A stretch of 64,000 nt of DNA. Source: Callorhinchus milii (lineage: Eukaryota). Made by a program: the position numbers and the translations under genes. The notes below the pieces were generated by a model that worked only from the letters and a program-made list of their open reading frames with translations, did not search any database and had not been told where the DNA came from. The stretch is taken from NCBI RefSeq assembly GCF_018977255.1, contig NW_024704743.1:70682001-70746000 (forward strand), given 5' to 3'. Of this stretch, positions 36,516-50,440 are shown one piece after another (the first letter of the stretch is position 1; every line of letters starts with the position of its first letter).

Positions 36516-36925
36516 GAGGGTTGCCACCTGAGCAGTTTTCATATCAGTGGTCATACCAGGATGTATGTCTCTCTCTACTCCCCTCTCCATGCACTGTGCA
36601 GACGGCCTTTAGCAAGATGGCCACGCCCTGCTCTCACTACCATTGCAGGTCATGTTTTTATCAAGGTGGGTGCCGCTTCCCTCCTGCCCCACCAATGCTT
36701 TGCTCGCTTTGTCTTTACGAAGATGACTGCCCTCACTACCATCACAGATCACTGTTTTACCAATATAGCCACCATGTCCTACCTCATTGCGTGCATTGCC
36801 TTTACCAAAATGGCCACCCTCCCCCTTACCATCATAGCGGGCAATGTTTTTACTGAGATGGTGCCTCGGAGGGTCCACCCTGGGCACCAGTGGCTATTTT
36901 TTCGGTCTCAGAGGTGACAACCCTA
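36516..36925. mobile_element. Non-autonomous hAT element with 8-bp TSD
   Basis: TIRs GAGGGTTGCCACCT / AGGTGACAACCCTA (12/14). Direct repeat GGCTAAGA at 36508-36515 and 36926-36933. Confidence 0.8.
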
Positions 36926-36999
36926 GGCTAAGAGAATGTACAATATCAAACCACTAAATTGCTAAAGGCTTATTTATTTACTGCAAAATACAATCAGTT

Positions 37000-37310
37000 A
37001 CATGGCTTCTGGAACAAAATGAAGGTGAGTCAATGACTAGAGGCCAAAGATATAAGAAGAGCAAAAGGAGAACTTGGAATATTTTTTCACACTGAGAGTT
37101 ATTAGGATGCGGAATACCCTGCCAAGTAAGGTCATAGAGGTAGTTTATTGTGGGTTGCAACAGGGAAGTAGACAAAAATTAAAGATAAAGGCTTGAAGGG
37201 ATATAAGAATAGGGCGAGATAGTTGGATTGTCCTGAGAGCCTGAGATGGTGCAGACTCGATGGGCTGAATGCCTTTGAATGCACTGTATATTTCTATTGA
37301 TTCTATGTAA
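37000..37310 (+). mobile_element. CR1 LINE 3' end
   Basis: TRG(H)..FFTLRVIRMRNTLP motif and tail gactcgatgggctgaatg..ttctattgattctatg. Confidence 0.75.
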
Positions 37311-38749
37311 TTGTCATTTACTATTTTATCACTTTAAAAATGCTGTCTTTTTAATCTATTTCCCATACTCATCTGATTAGCGCAGTATTGCAAATGCAGT
37401 AAGATAATACGATCTTCATAGAATGTTACGAGCAAGGTTTAAAGTTGAAGGGATTCCAGGGAGGGAAGACTCAACTGCATGCAATAGTGCCTTTAATTAG
37501 GTTACTTTTACATTTAATGTGTAGTGCTTTAGCTTGTAGTGTGGTCACAGCAGCACTGTCAGGGGAAGAGTTCGCTGCTCGAGATCTAAATATAGAAATA
37601 CGTTTGAATTGTCTTCAATGGCGGTTTGACATAGGAGAAATCAAACTGAGGAGAAACACAATACTTAAGCAATGAATCTGCTGTCGCATTTCAAGTGAGT
37701 TTGATTGAAGAACATATCGAACTTCAATATGCTGTTTCCTATATTCTTTCAGCAATCCAAGTCGCGATTCTGTACGAAGGATGCAATATAAATGCAAGTT
37801 GTTCTTATATATAAAACCATAAAAACCACAGAAATTTACAGCATAGAAGGCCCTTCAGCCCATCGTGTCGGTGTTGGCTCTTTTAAGAGCAATCTTTTCA
37901 GTCACATTTACCTGCTATTTCATAGTATGGAACAATATATGGGGAAAAGGGAGAACTAAGGATGTTGACTACATGTATGGTTACAGTACAATAAAAAAAT
38001 CATTTTAATAGCGTCTTTCATGTTGCGAGGCGCCCCAAAGCACTACAATCCTGGTTTCACTGGAGCTGGAGTAGGAGCCAGGGAAAGATCACTGAAAGTA
38101 TGGTGGTAGAGGTAGGTCTTGAGATAAACTTTGAATGAGATGAGGAAAGGAGCAAGTCAGAAGATATGTAGAAGAGATTAGAAAGCTTGGAGAGAGAGAG
38201 AGAGAGTAAAGACAAGGCAATGTGTTTCTTAAGAGTGTTCCAGAGGACAGGAGCTTCATGACTCAACATTTAGCCTCACTGCTGGAACAAACAGTGACAA
38301 AAAATGGAACAAAATCAGAGGATGACACAGGCAGGAGAAAAGGGTTGGAGGAAATTGCATACGCACTAATGTAGTAACTCTCATGTGTTTTTTTTGCACA
38401 ATTTTACCATTGAGTCAGATCGGTGAAATAGAGAATAGATAGTTATTTATTAGATGTAATATTGATTCAATGGTTAACTATTATACATAATGAGAAGACA
38501 TTTCAACGAAGTATCTTGTGAGGTTCAGCTGTAAATAGGCTAATATTATAGCCACTTGGTGCCCAGTATGTTTTCTTTTTACATCAAGGGCTGCAAAATG
38601 AATTCAAATTCAATTTAAAAGTAGTCAACTATAAAAATAATAACCACAGACATCATGATGGATTAATTTGATGTGGTGATGTTTTGGTTTTGCTGATGGA
38701 ATACACTCAATAATGCACATTATTACTATATTATATACTAAATTATGTA

Positions 38750-39330
38750 ATAACAACAACTAGCGTATATGTAGCATTCTTCACCCAGAGTAGTGTCTCG
38801 GAAGACTTAATAGTGCTGGAGCTTGACTCTGAGCCAGGGGGAGAGGTATCTATTGGCACGATTGAATAGGAAGGTATTCAAGTATGATCTGAAGATGGGA
38901 TGTGTATGAGGCGGGAGAGAGCTGAGCAAAGGGGCAACTAGAGGAGCAGGGTGTAAGCGGGTCAGAGAGGTACGGAGGTGCCAGGTCATGAAGTGATTTA
39001 TATGTGAGTGTGATGATCTTGAAATCGATCGATTCTGCAAAAGGGAGCCAGTGCTGGCTGGCAAGGATGGGGGTACAAGGTATAACACAAGTGAGCATAC
39101 AGGCAGTGGACTTCTGAATTAATTGGATTTTATGAATGGTGGAGCTGGGGACACCAGCAAGGAGAGCATCGGAATATTTGAGGTGGGAGGCGGTCGAATG
39201 CGTCAATGAAGGTTTCATCTGCATTAGGTGTGAGGTATGTTCAGAGAAGGTGAAGTGGAGAAGTGGAGAGAAAAGGTCCTGGTCAGGGACCAGATGTGGG
39301 GTGGGAAGAATAACTGGGGATTGAACATGA
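38750..39330 (-). mobile_element. Old L2 3' fragment
   Basis: IHKIQLIQ..HWLPFAESIDFKIITLTYKSLHDLAPPYL. Confidence 0.8.
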
Positions 39331-39924
39331 TATCTATTAACCCTATTGAACAGTTGAATAACATTGCTGAAATGTTTATAGTAAATACTGTGGTTTAGTT
39401 CAGTGCACTCTAGTCATTGCTTTTCTAATTAAATGTTTCAGTTTCCCATTTAACACTATCTCCATAAACCTATTCTCTTTTTTCACAAGAGAAGAGATGT
39501 CTAAGAGGGTTCCTAATAGAAGGGTTTAACATTATAATAGGGTTTGATAAGGGGAATAGGGGGTCTAAAAGAAAAACTAGAAGGAACTACTTCAGATATG
39601 GGTAGTGAGATTGTGGAACTCACTGTCTGAGGCAGTTGTTGAAGCAAAATAGTATAATAAGAATAAGAATAAGAAAAATAATCCTTGAATTTGATATAGC
39701 ACTTGATCACATCTTCGAGACTCACAAACAGCCATGAAGTGAATGAATAATTTTATTTGGGGGATTGTTGGCCAGGACACCGGAAGAAACACTCTTTTTT
39801 CGAATTGTGCCCCAAATAGTACCCAAACAGCACAATAATCTTAAATTGTAACAGAAAATAGTTTTACAGGTTAGCATTAGCTGCAAATTTGGTCCTATAA
39901 TCTGCCCTATAGACTTTACTTCCA

Positions 39925-40680
39925 AGAACAACAACAAAATTACATTTGTAAAGCGTCTTTCACGTCAGGAGACGTCTCAAGGTGCTGAACAGTCGGGGAT
40001 CGGGACTCGAGTGTGGGGGGGCCAGGGTTAGGATGAGGGAGAGCAGAAAGGTAGGAGAGCGGCTACCTCTCCTACCAGGCACGGTTGAAAAGGAGAGTCT
40101 TAAGTTATGTCTTAAAGGAGGCAAGGGAGTGAGCAAGGCAAAGGGATTGCGAGATGGAGTTCCAAAAGGTAGGGGCAGAGAGGCTGAAAGCTCGGCCGCC
40201 GATGGTAGGGTGGGCAGTGCAGAAGATGTGGAGCAGGCCAGAGCCTGCTGAATGGAGAGTGTGGACAGGTTGATAGAGGATCAGCTGGTCAGAGAGGTAG
40301 GAGGTGGCAAGGACATTGACGACCTTGAAAGTGAGGATGAGCATTTTGAATTCTATCCTCTAAGGGATGGGGAGCCAGTGGAGTCGGGCGAGGGTAGGTG
40401 TGATAGGGTCACGGAGCCTGGTGAGAGAGAGGACATGAGCTGCAGAGTTCTGGATGATCTGCAGCTTGTGGAGGGAAGAGTTGGGGAGGCCGACAAGAGG
40501 GAATTTCCGTAGTCAAGACATGATGTGATGAATGCGTGTATGAGGGATTCAGCAGCCTGAAGGGTGAGGCAGTGGCAGAGTCGGGCAGTGTTGCGGAGGT
40601 GGGGGAAGGCAGAGTGAGTCATGGCACGGATATGGAAGAGAAAGGACAGTTGAGGGTTGAACAAGACTCACAGGTTCCTA
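39925..40680 (-). mobile_element. L2 3' fragment
   Basis: FNPQLSF..AAESLIHAFITSCLDYGNSLL and IGGRAFSLSAPTFWNS; reversed tail. Confidence 0.9.
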
Positions 40681-41549
40681 AACAGAAGTTCAGGAAATGC
40701 TCTGTGAAAACAGATTTGTTTACTAAAAAGGCGACACATTATGTCTTGAAATTCTTCTTCAAATTCAGCGCACATTGTATTGCAAAGTTACAACAGGGAG
40801 ACAAACACTGAAAGTGATACTACTATTGCTTCCTGTAAGCAGGTTGATTATATGATTTAGAAGCAAATAAAAACAACTTGAAAATTTTAACAAAGAAAGC
40901 TTAAATGAGCACCTTGCAGTTCCATTGGGGAAGAGTACACTGTCTTCACAGCCTGGCATGGTGCAGATTCATGTGGAGTAAAAACACCAGCATAGATTAG
41001 TTGGACCAAATGAACTGTTTCCATGCAGTAACAATCTACGTGATTCGATGCAGCTGAACTCCCTCAGATCATCATGTATTTATGGAGTGCAGTGTAGCAT
41101 TAGCATTCACCAAACACCCATATTCCTTGTTGTGTATTTTGTATAGTGAAACAGATTTTTCAGAATGAGTGTCCATAAATCTGATTTATTATTGGTTCTG
41201 GGTGGTACACTTCCTGATGACCCTGTACCTTGTGAATCGTTGGCAATTAGGTATTCATTGTGTTCTGATCACCACATTGTCAGCATCAACAAATACACCA
41301 GATTAAAGATATCTCGTGCTTTCATGAAGCCGACTCGCTTCCTCAGCTTTTCACCACATTTGTTCCTGTTTTGAACACAGTAAATGTCAACATTATGGGC
41401 TGTTCCCATTCTACAATACCACTGCTGACATATGCTTAATACGAATGGTCAGACTCCACACAGCCTTGAGAATTTTTGGTTCTTTGAATTTCTGCAAATC
41501 ATCACCCTTAATTGCTGTTTGGCTGATATTATATTTATTTGCCAGATGT

Positions 41550-41975
41550 CAGCCTGGCACAGTTGGCAACATTCACTCTTGTGAGTTCAAGCCCCACACT
41601 GGGTCTTTGAACTCACAGTCTATGCTGATATTCCTGTTGGCTTTTTCAGGTGGACAGTAAAGATTTCATTGCATTATTTGAAAAGCGAAAGCAGATGCTC
41701 CTACTGCTCTGGCAAACAATCCCCCAAATAAAAATTGGTCATTCACTTCATGGCTGTTTGTGGGTCAACCCTGTATCAAATCAGCTGCCTCGTTCACCTA
41801 CATGCATAAACTCCTGGGAACGTGTCACTCCAAGGAGAAAGAGCTATCAGGAGTTTACTGTGTATACAGTCACTTCACCTCAAGTAAAATCTTGTGAAGC
41901 AATTTGAGAGGGCTTGGTGATGTGATAAGGTGCTATACTAAATTCACAGATTTAAATTATTATATTATTATATAA
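41550..41975 (+). mobile_element. Degraded Deu-type SINE
   Basis: Head gtgagttcaagccccac, core caggtggacagtaaagat, tail. Confidence 0.65.
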
Positions 41976-42436
41976 TAAAGCAAACTGTGGACTATTTACA
42001 GTCTGAAAAATAGACTTCTGCATATTGTTCTACTTCTACAGTGTTGTTGCACATGGACTATGGGGTTGATAGCTTTTGAATTGCATAACTACCTCAGAAC
42101 TGTTGAAAAAAATGCATCCGCAACTGTTTTTCAAACTTAAATTGGATTTACAATAGACAACATCCAGTATATCTCATGTGTCCTGTTGAGTCAGTTGATA
42201 GAACTCTAATTCTTAAAAGAACTTACAGAAAACCGGTTTAAAATTAAGCATCTCTGAAATTCTGTGTAAATTGAGTAAATCTAGAACCAGATGGAAAGTC
42301 TTCCCGATAATGCAGAGCGACTGATACTGCTTATTTTACCCTGGGTCTGAAAGTGCTTTTAGATGGAGAATATTATTTCCTCTGGTATATGTATGTTAGT
42401 TGTGCTGAGTTGTTGTCATTGTAAGGCATGTCCCAC

Positions 42437-42960
42437 AACAACCACAACGACTTGCATTTATATAGTGCCTTCCACACGATGTAGCATTTCAGAGCACTTA
42501 ACAGTGGCAGAGCTTGAAAAAGGGGACGTGGCTTTAGGCACAGCTGAACAGGAAGGTCTTCAGATGTGATTTGAAGGTGATTAAAGAGGGGACAAGGCGG
42601 AGGAATTGAGGCAGCGAGTTCTATAGTTTCGCGGCGTAATGGTTCAAAGCCAGGTTGCCAATGGTGGATGGAAGGGGTTGAGGGACACCCAGAGCCAGCT
42701 GCGTGAAAGCGGGTGGTAGTGGAATATGAAGTAAGCAGGTCTGAAAGGAAGGAGGTGCCAAGCCGTGAAGTGATTTGTAATTGAGTGTGTGTGATAGGGA
42801 GCCAGAGGAACCTGGCAACAACAGGCGATTGGCTGAGTTTTGTGCGGGAGACAGGCTACGGAGTGTGAATTAGCTGAATTTTATAAATGGGGAGATCAGT
42901 GAGGAGGATATCGGAATAATTGAGGTGGAAGATGACAAAGGCTGTAGAAGAGTCCAGTAG
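42437..42960 (-). mobile_element. Old L2 3' fragment
   Basis: YKSLHGLAPP motif; reversed variant tail. Confidence 0.7.
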
Positions 42961-44544
42961 GCAGGGAGGCCGGTAGGAGAGAAGAACTGAGTGGGAGTAG
43001 CGAAGGGTGGGTAATAAAAGCAGAGGTGTTTTGGGAGGGGCAGCTCAATTCAGGGGTGGCAACCAAAAGCACATAACAAGACGAGGAGCAAAGGGATCAG
43101 CCGGGAGGGGACAAAGGAAACCAATCAGAGGGGAGAGAGAGAGGGTGTGGAGCACTGGAGGTGGCACTCACAACTTCATTTATTAAGTTAGACTGGAGCC
43201 CAACATAATCAAGTAGTTTAGTGAGCATTTGAGAGAGAGAGAGAGAGAAGAGAGGTGAGCGGACTGGATTGAAAGAGCAAGGAGTGAGAGTGCAGAGAGA
43301 AAATAATAAAAAATACAGATCTAACCAATGGAGGCAGAACTGATTTTTGTCCCTCTCAGAATCCACATCACTAAATAACATCTCAGTTGCTTGATTGGGG
43401 ATGAATGGATACAATCCTTCATTTCAATTAGCGCCGTTCACATTAGGGGGATGTCTCAAAGCGACTGCAAAGTGTAGTAATGGTGTATTTTATAGTCGAA
43501 TACCCCAAAGACGGGAAAGGGATTGTTTTCACTCCTTTATACTAGTTGCTACAAAAAGGTAAGAGTGCAGCCGAGATCTTGCACACTAGAGGTCACTGTT
43601 GCAACTAAGCAGGAAATAAATGTTTTAATCGCCACAGGGAGAGAGGGAGGAGAATCAATGGGAATAATACCAGCAGACTGTGCTTGCCTGCCTCCTAGTG
43701 ACTGGCACTAGAGCAGCAACAGAATAAGGCCAGCAAGCAGTTCATTGAGGGCTGGAGGGATTTTAAATATTCCTAAAAGACCAGAAGACTGGACCCTCAC
43801 AGATTTACAAAACATATAATCCAATAAAACATGACAAGTTTAGAGCTTCCCAGCACAAACATGTTTATTAAAATGCTAAAATGCGAATGTACACTTTTAA
43901 ATGGTGCCCTATGAGATTAATCTCTTTTTGGCCCTTACTGCTGGGTTACAGTGACATTTTTGCAAAAAACACTTTGTAGTTGTGCTGGAACATTTTATTC
44001 TAATATTTATTGCCTGAATGGAACAAGGGTGCAGACTTTTTCTCTTCCTTCCAGATTAGTTCCAGTCTGTTCAATTCTCTGAAATTTGCAGATTCTGGTC
44101 TTGCATTTAGAGGTATGAATGGTAGAAATCTGAAAACATGTCTTGCATACTGTACTTGTTGAGTTCATCTGCAGAGAGTACTAAACATAATTCACTTTTG
44201 ATTGAGATAGCTACTTCAAATGTTGCGTCAGATTTCCAGCACAGAAATGCATTACATTTAATGTCTCAAAGTGCTTTACAGGGAATACTGTAAGGTGGAG
44301 TGAGTCTGCACATTGTAGGCGATGACAAATTGTTCACATATCTCCAAAACCACAATTTGGACTTTTAGAAATCCAGCAACAGAACAAAACTTTCTATCTG
44401 AATCATCTTCTGTTGATCGTCATTTCAAAGCGGATGAATTAGTCAATTCCATTGAGTAGAGTCAGATTTATCTGCACATTGTTAATACTGTACATTGTTC
44501 ACAGGGTAAACGCTAGTGTTCTGAAAGTAAGCTGGATTGATCTG

Positions 44545-44776
44545 TATGCTTTTGAAAGGAGAAGGGATTTTCTCCAGCTGTTCTGGCCAACAATCCCCCA
44601 AAATAAAATTGGTCACTCACTCCATGGCTGTGTGACATTGTTGTGTGCAACTGGCTGCTGCAATTTGGCCGCAAAATACACAGTCAACCCACTTTAAAGT
44701 ATATCCTGTGCAGCACTTTGAGACGTCTTAATGACGTGATAAGGCGCTGATCAAATGCAAGGATTATTATTATTAT
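44545..44776 (+). mobile_element. Deu-type SINE 3' half
   Basis: aaattggtcactcactccatggctg..gacgtgataaggcgctgatcaaatgcaagg(ATT)n. Confidence 0.8.
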
Positions 44777-45154
44777 GTGTGATTTTTTTCATGATGAGTA
44801 ATGATTTTTGTATGTTTCATACCTAGCTACAAATAAAGAGTGAGTTGTGGTTTTGGAGATATGTGAACAATTTGTCATCGCTCACAATAGTGCCTTATCA
44901 CATTAAAACATCTCAACGCATTTTATTTACTGCAGTAACTGCTTCTGTAAGCAAAGGCAGCAAACACATCCTCCAGTTATCATCTTTTGCTTGCTGACTA
45001 ACTGGCTTTAAAAATACCTCTGGACTCAGTAGGAGAAAAAATTATGCAGATAGTTTCTCAGAAAGTTATTGATGCCTTCGCTACATCTTGTGCCACCATT
45101 TGTTGCAGCTCAGTCATTATTTCTCTGATTAGCCAGATTCATCTCCGGAAGTTA

Positions 45155-45630
45155 TAATAATACTTATCCTTACATTTGATATACCGCCTTTCATGTTTGG
45201 AGATTGTCTCATAGCGCTTCACAGGATTTAATAATAATTACATTTGTTATAGTCTTTCATATTGGAAGGTGTCACAAAAAGCCTCACAGGATATACTGTA
45301 CAGTGTAGTGACTGCGTATATTGTGGACAAACACAATAGCCAATTTGCAAACAGTGATGTCACACAAATGTCCACGAATGAATGACAAATTCTATTTGGG
45401 GGATTGTTGGCCAAGACGGTGGGAGAACTCCCTTCTCTTTTTAAGGAATGTCATGGGATCTTTAATGTTTGACTGATCAAGTTTAACGCCTCATCTGAAT
45501 GACGGGCATGTCCATCCATGAAGCACACTCCCAGCACTGCATTGAAATGTCAGCTTAGACTACATGAGTTCCAAGTCCCAACTTGGAAACTGACTCAAAG
45601 ACGAGAGTGCTACCAACTGAGCCAGGCTGA
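45155..45630 (-). mobile_element. Deu-type SINE with duplicated tail
   Basis: Reversed head gagagtgctaccaactgagccaggctgac at ~45605-45630; two tails at ~45160 and ~45230. Confidence 0.75.
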
Positions 45631-45825
45631 CATGCATGTGGAGACGCTGAGGCTGAGGCTGACCAACAAGCCTGAAGAGGTGATGATTGCCTGCTGGACA
45701 GCTATCTATATGGCCACTGTAACAGGAAATGGCACTGCACAAATGGATTATCTTAGTGGGACAAGGAGGATGTGGTAGGATATATATATAACTGAATAAT
45801 TTTTAATTTATTGGTTACTCAGTAA

Positions 45826-46000
45826 CAAACAACAACAACAAAATGACATTTGTATAGAACCTTTCACATTGGGAGGATGTCCCAAGGCGCTGGACAGACA
45901 GAGATTCGGACCCGAGCTTGGGGTCAGGGTCAGGGAGTGTGGAAGGCAGGGGGGAGAAGCAGGGAGATCGAAAGCACGGTCGAAGAGGAGGGTCTTGACA
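45826..46000 (-). mobile_element. L2 3' terminal fragment
   Basis: KTLLFDRAF on the minus strand; reversed tail. Confidence 0.8.
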
Positions 46001-46254
46001 AACAAACAAACAAACAAACAAAAACAGTGGTTTAAGGTGTAGTCTGCATCTGTATTCTGTAAATACATTGTGTGGAATATTGAAATAAAAACAGAAGTTG
46101 CTGGGAACACGCAGCAGGTCAGGCAGCATCTATGGAGGAAGGAAAGTGAGTTAGTGCTTCAGGTTGATGATCTGTTGTCAGAACTGGGGGATGTTGGAAA
46201 GGAGCAGATAATGACAAGCAGAGAAGGGGGTGTATTATTATTGTTCCTGGCCAC

Positions 46255-47440
46255 ATTTTTGAAATACATTGTTGCAAATCAACTTTGCTCACGCCTCTAC
46301 CTCCACTCCCGACTCAAATCTCTCCATTTCAGTTTTTGCCCACAGCACAGGGACAGCATTCATCAAAGTAACAAATGGTGTTCTCTCTCCGTGACCAGGG
46401 CTCCCTCTGCCTCCTCATTCTCCTGGACCTCTCCGCCACATTCGACACAATCGATCATGCCATCATCCTCCACCGCTTCTCCTCCCTTACCCACCTTAGT
46501 GGAACCGCACTCACATGGTTCAAGTCCTACTTAACAAACCACCAATAATACATCTCGGCAAATGGTTTTTCCCCCACCCAAGGTTCCATTCTTGGCCACA
46601 TTATTTTCCTTATATACATGGTTCCTCTTGGCAATGTCATCCGCAAACATGGGGTCAACTTCCACATGTTTGCAGATGACACCCAAATCTACTCTTCCTC
46701 CTCCAGCTGCAACTCCCAGTCCACTGATGTCCTGTCAGCTTGTTTGACGGACATCAAGGCCTGGATGAGCGCAAATTTCCTGCAGCTGAATATGGACAAG
46801 ATGGAAGCCATACTCCTTGGCTCCCATCAATGTCTTCACTCCTGCGAATCTAACCTCCTCAATCTCCCTCAGACTCACCGAACCAGTGCGCGTGCAATCT
46901 GGGCATCCGGTTTGACCGCCAGCTGTTCTTCCTCCTGCACATCCGGTCCCTGAGCAGGCCCGCCTTCTTCCACTTCTGCTACGTTGCCCACCTCCATACC
47001 TCATCCCAAATGCAGCTGAAACCCTTGTGCATGCGTTTGTCACCTCCCACTTGGATTATTCAAATGCCGGTCTCCCCAGCTCCACCATTCAAAAGATCCA
47101 GCTCACCCAGAACTCTGCCCCCGCATACTTACCCGGACCAAACTCCATACCCACATCTCACCAGTTCTGGCCAGGCTCCACTGGCTCCCCATCGCTGAAC
47201 GGATCAACTTCAAGATCCTCACACTCGTGTTCAAATATATTCACTCCCTGGCACCTCCTACCTCTCCAACCTCCTCACTCAGTGTCTCCGCTCGATTGGC
47301 ACTGGCCTCCTGCTCCACCATCCCACCATCCTGCACCCTCCACCCCACCATCTGAGATCGCGCTTTCCCACTCTGCCACTTTTAAGCGCTCGGAGATACT
47401 ACCCTGCCTGGAGGGTGCTATTTAGTTGTTGTAGTTGTGT
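46255..47440 (+). mobile_element. Degraded L2 with RT region
   Basis: LILLDLSATFDTIDHA, HGVNFHMFADDTQIY, FLQLNMDKMEAI; variant tail. Confidence 0.88.
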
Positions 47441-49880
47441 TTAAACAAAAACAATATACGGAGACCACAGATGCTTTTTCTTTGAAGTCAGAATTTCACG
47501 TGAACATTCAATGAGATTTCCAAGCATCATATATTTTTCCTGGAACAATAATAGCTTATCCTGTGTAAATTCATTAGCTACTTTGTATAATTTGCAAGTC
47601 GGTGTTAAGGCCAATTAACTAAACCTGTCCATTGATTACTAAATGGCTACTCTATTCATGCTCTGAGAATTTACAAGGACAAAATAATCTTTTCTGCCTC
47701 TTTGATCTTAAACAACAAAGACAACTGCATATTAGATGGTTTCCCAAACATTGCTGATATATCACCAAAAGCTGACCAAAAGCGGTCTCCAGACTCACAC
47801 ATCACAAGATCATAAGGGAAAATAGTTTGAAGATGAGACTGGTTGAGATCAAATGAGCCAAATAACCTTATTCATCTGAGCTTTCCTTGTGATCTTGTGA
47901 AGGCAGCAGCTTATGGACAACGAGAATGTTACTGGAGAATGTTAAGATAGTAGTCATGTGTTTCACCCACAAAATTTACAGTTAATTCACTTTACAGTAT
48001 ATTCTGTGAAGCGCTTTGAGATGCCTCGAAGACGTGATGAGGCATTTTATCAAATACAAGGATTATTATCTGTTTAGTATAACTTGCAGTAATATGCACA
48101 CTTAGATGAATATAATATGTGAAGTAATAAGTATATATGTTCTTCCATTCTCTGACTACTATATACATAAAATATAATGATGTATAAATATTGGTTCCAC
48201 TTAATCTGTATAAGGAAATGATTATTAAACAATTGAACTAAGAATGACATGTATATGTATCCTTAACGGTCACATAAAGTAGACAAGAAATTATCTTTAA
48301 TATCCAGCGATCTTAGTTTGTAAAGAAGCCCTTGAATAGTATTTTTTCAAAGGCCTTTGACTGTCCAGTTCATTCATATAGTATTATATATAGTATTATA
48401 CATATGTTGCAGAGTGGCAGAGTAAGTACTCAAACACCATCCACAAATGGGTCCAACATGCAATGCTAGTAGCACTCTAGCAATATAAACAATTAAACCT
48501 GCTTCTGAGACTCCTCATCACACACAATTAGACTCCACATGATCAAGCAGTAAAAATCGCATTGCATGCAGTCAGATGCCAAATTGCACTCAATTAAACA
48601 AGGTACTTTCAATCAGCAGTGCACATTCTTTTAACCTGAAATTGCACCAATGCCTTTAGCTATTATATTTTGTTCGTAACAATGCCTTGGGACGTCCTCT
48701 CAACGTGAAAGGAAATTTGTCAAATAAATGCAATTTGTTGTTGTTAGTTCCTGAGGAAAGTGAGTGTGCAGGAGCTCAACATCTGAGGAGGGAAAAGGTT
48801 TAAGGCCTCTTGATATTTATGTCCAATGAATATCAGTGTTTTCCTAAATGGCTATCCTGGAAATGAATAATCAAGTTTCGAGATAGCAGAAAGGATTTGG
48901 TTATAGGACATGAGGTCCAAATCAACTTTTTTAGCTTCTCACCTGTTTTTTTTTAGAAAGTCCAAGAATCTTCCACAGTTCTGCGCAATTTTATCCTTAA
49001 AGTCAAAATGTCCTTGTATCCTAAAGCCAGATGGAATTTTTGGTCAGCAACTTAAAAATCCATTTTAATAAAAAATACATGCATTAATTAATGGACAAAG
49101 CTGAGGATAGGATAATCTCTGAAAAATGTTTTAATGTTGCATAATTTAGTACCTCTTCAATTTAATAATATATTTATAGAAAATATAATCATTGCTTTGT
49201 GGTGGAATGATAAAAGTTTTAACAGTTTATATTACAGTACTTTTTTCCAACCTTTTCCTATTCGCTGACTGAATGAACTAATCATTCTTTATCTGTCTTC
49301 AAAGATCACAAGGTCAGTGCTTGAGTCGAGCAGTTAATAAATGCAATTATAGGATTCTTCAACAATAGTTGCCCTGAAATGAAAACCTACCTTAAGGCCA
49401 TTAATCAGGTGAACATCTCCTTGGCCTGAAGCTGTTGGAAATGTAATGTTTTAAACCTCAATTCCCAGAGGTTCTATTATTTTTATTTTTATATATTATA
49501 TTTCCCAGGAGAATTAACTTTTGTTCAAATATGACCATTTCAACACAATTCTATTATCAAAAAGACAACTATGATTATGAAACACTAAAAACAAATGGGA
49601 TCATTGATTGTTTTTGTTGCCAGTCCTATTCTTTTCCATTTTACTATCTAAAAGGCACTGATTCTTGGTCAATTAACAACAATTACTTGCATTTATATAG
49701 CACCATCATGCAGGGCAGCATCCCAGAGCACTTGTTTGGTTCTATTGGCACCATTATCACTCTCGTGTCTTGTCCAAGTGGCCGTTCTTTATGTATGAGG
49801 CAGCGAGTGTCTATCAGCAGCCAAATGGAACACAGAAGGCATCACGGCTGAGCCTGATCCTATCCTCACTCAATGTCACA

Positions 49881-50440
49881 GATTGAATGTGACGCGCTTG
49901 ACAATGGAATATCAGATTCTAGTCAACCCTCTGTGGTGACCTCAGTAGTTCAGTTCCTACAACTGGGAGTCCACAGTACTCCAGGGCACTACTGATGACA
50001 GACCAGCCAGCCTGGCTCATTGGTAGGACTTAGAAGGGCAGATTGCTCACTGGGACTAGGAATTCTTCCTACTCAGTTCCTGCGAACGCTGAAAGCCAAA
50101 GCCCTAATATATAAGGTGGTCCTAGCTTGACAAGCAGTGGAAAGATTGCCAAAAAGTGCTCTCAATGCCAAATTGGTTAAGCTCTAGTGGTACCCCAACT
50201 CACACTCTAGTATCTTCAAATCCTGACTCTTGCCAATCTGCACCTAATACTTCCCAGATTTAGGGAAACAAGGTCTGTCCCTCCACAGAGAGAGTGGCAC
50301 ACCAATCAGACACAGATAAAACTTCCATGGACAAGTGGTATACATATGTGGAACTCTCAGTATGATTTGGATATCGTTAAGCAATAGGATTCCACATGTG
50401 TCAGACCTGTCTAAACCCCCAAAAAGAGCAATTTTAGACA
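49881..50440. mobile_element. Third copy of the unclassified family seen at 1.9-2.2 kb and 11.7-12.1 kb
   Basis: Shares aagccaaagccctaa..gtggtccta..taccccaac..tcttgccaa with 11745-12100, and gtcaaccctctgtgg..tgatgacagac with the reverse complement of 1960-2170. Confidence 0.65.
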
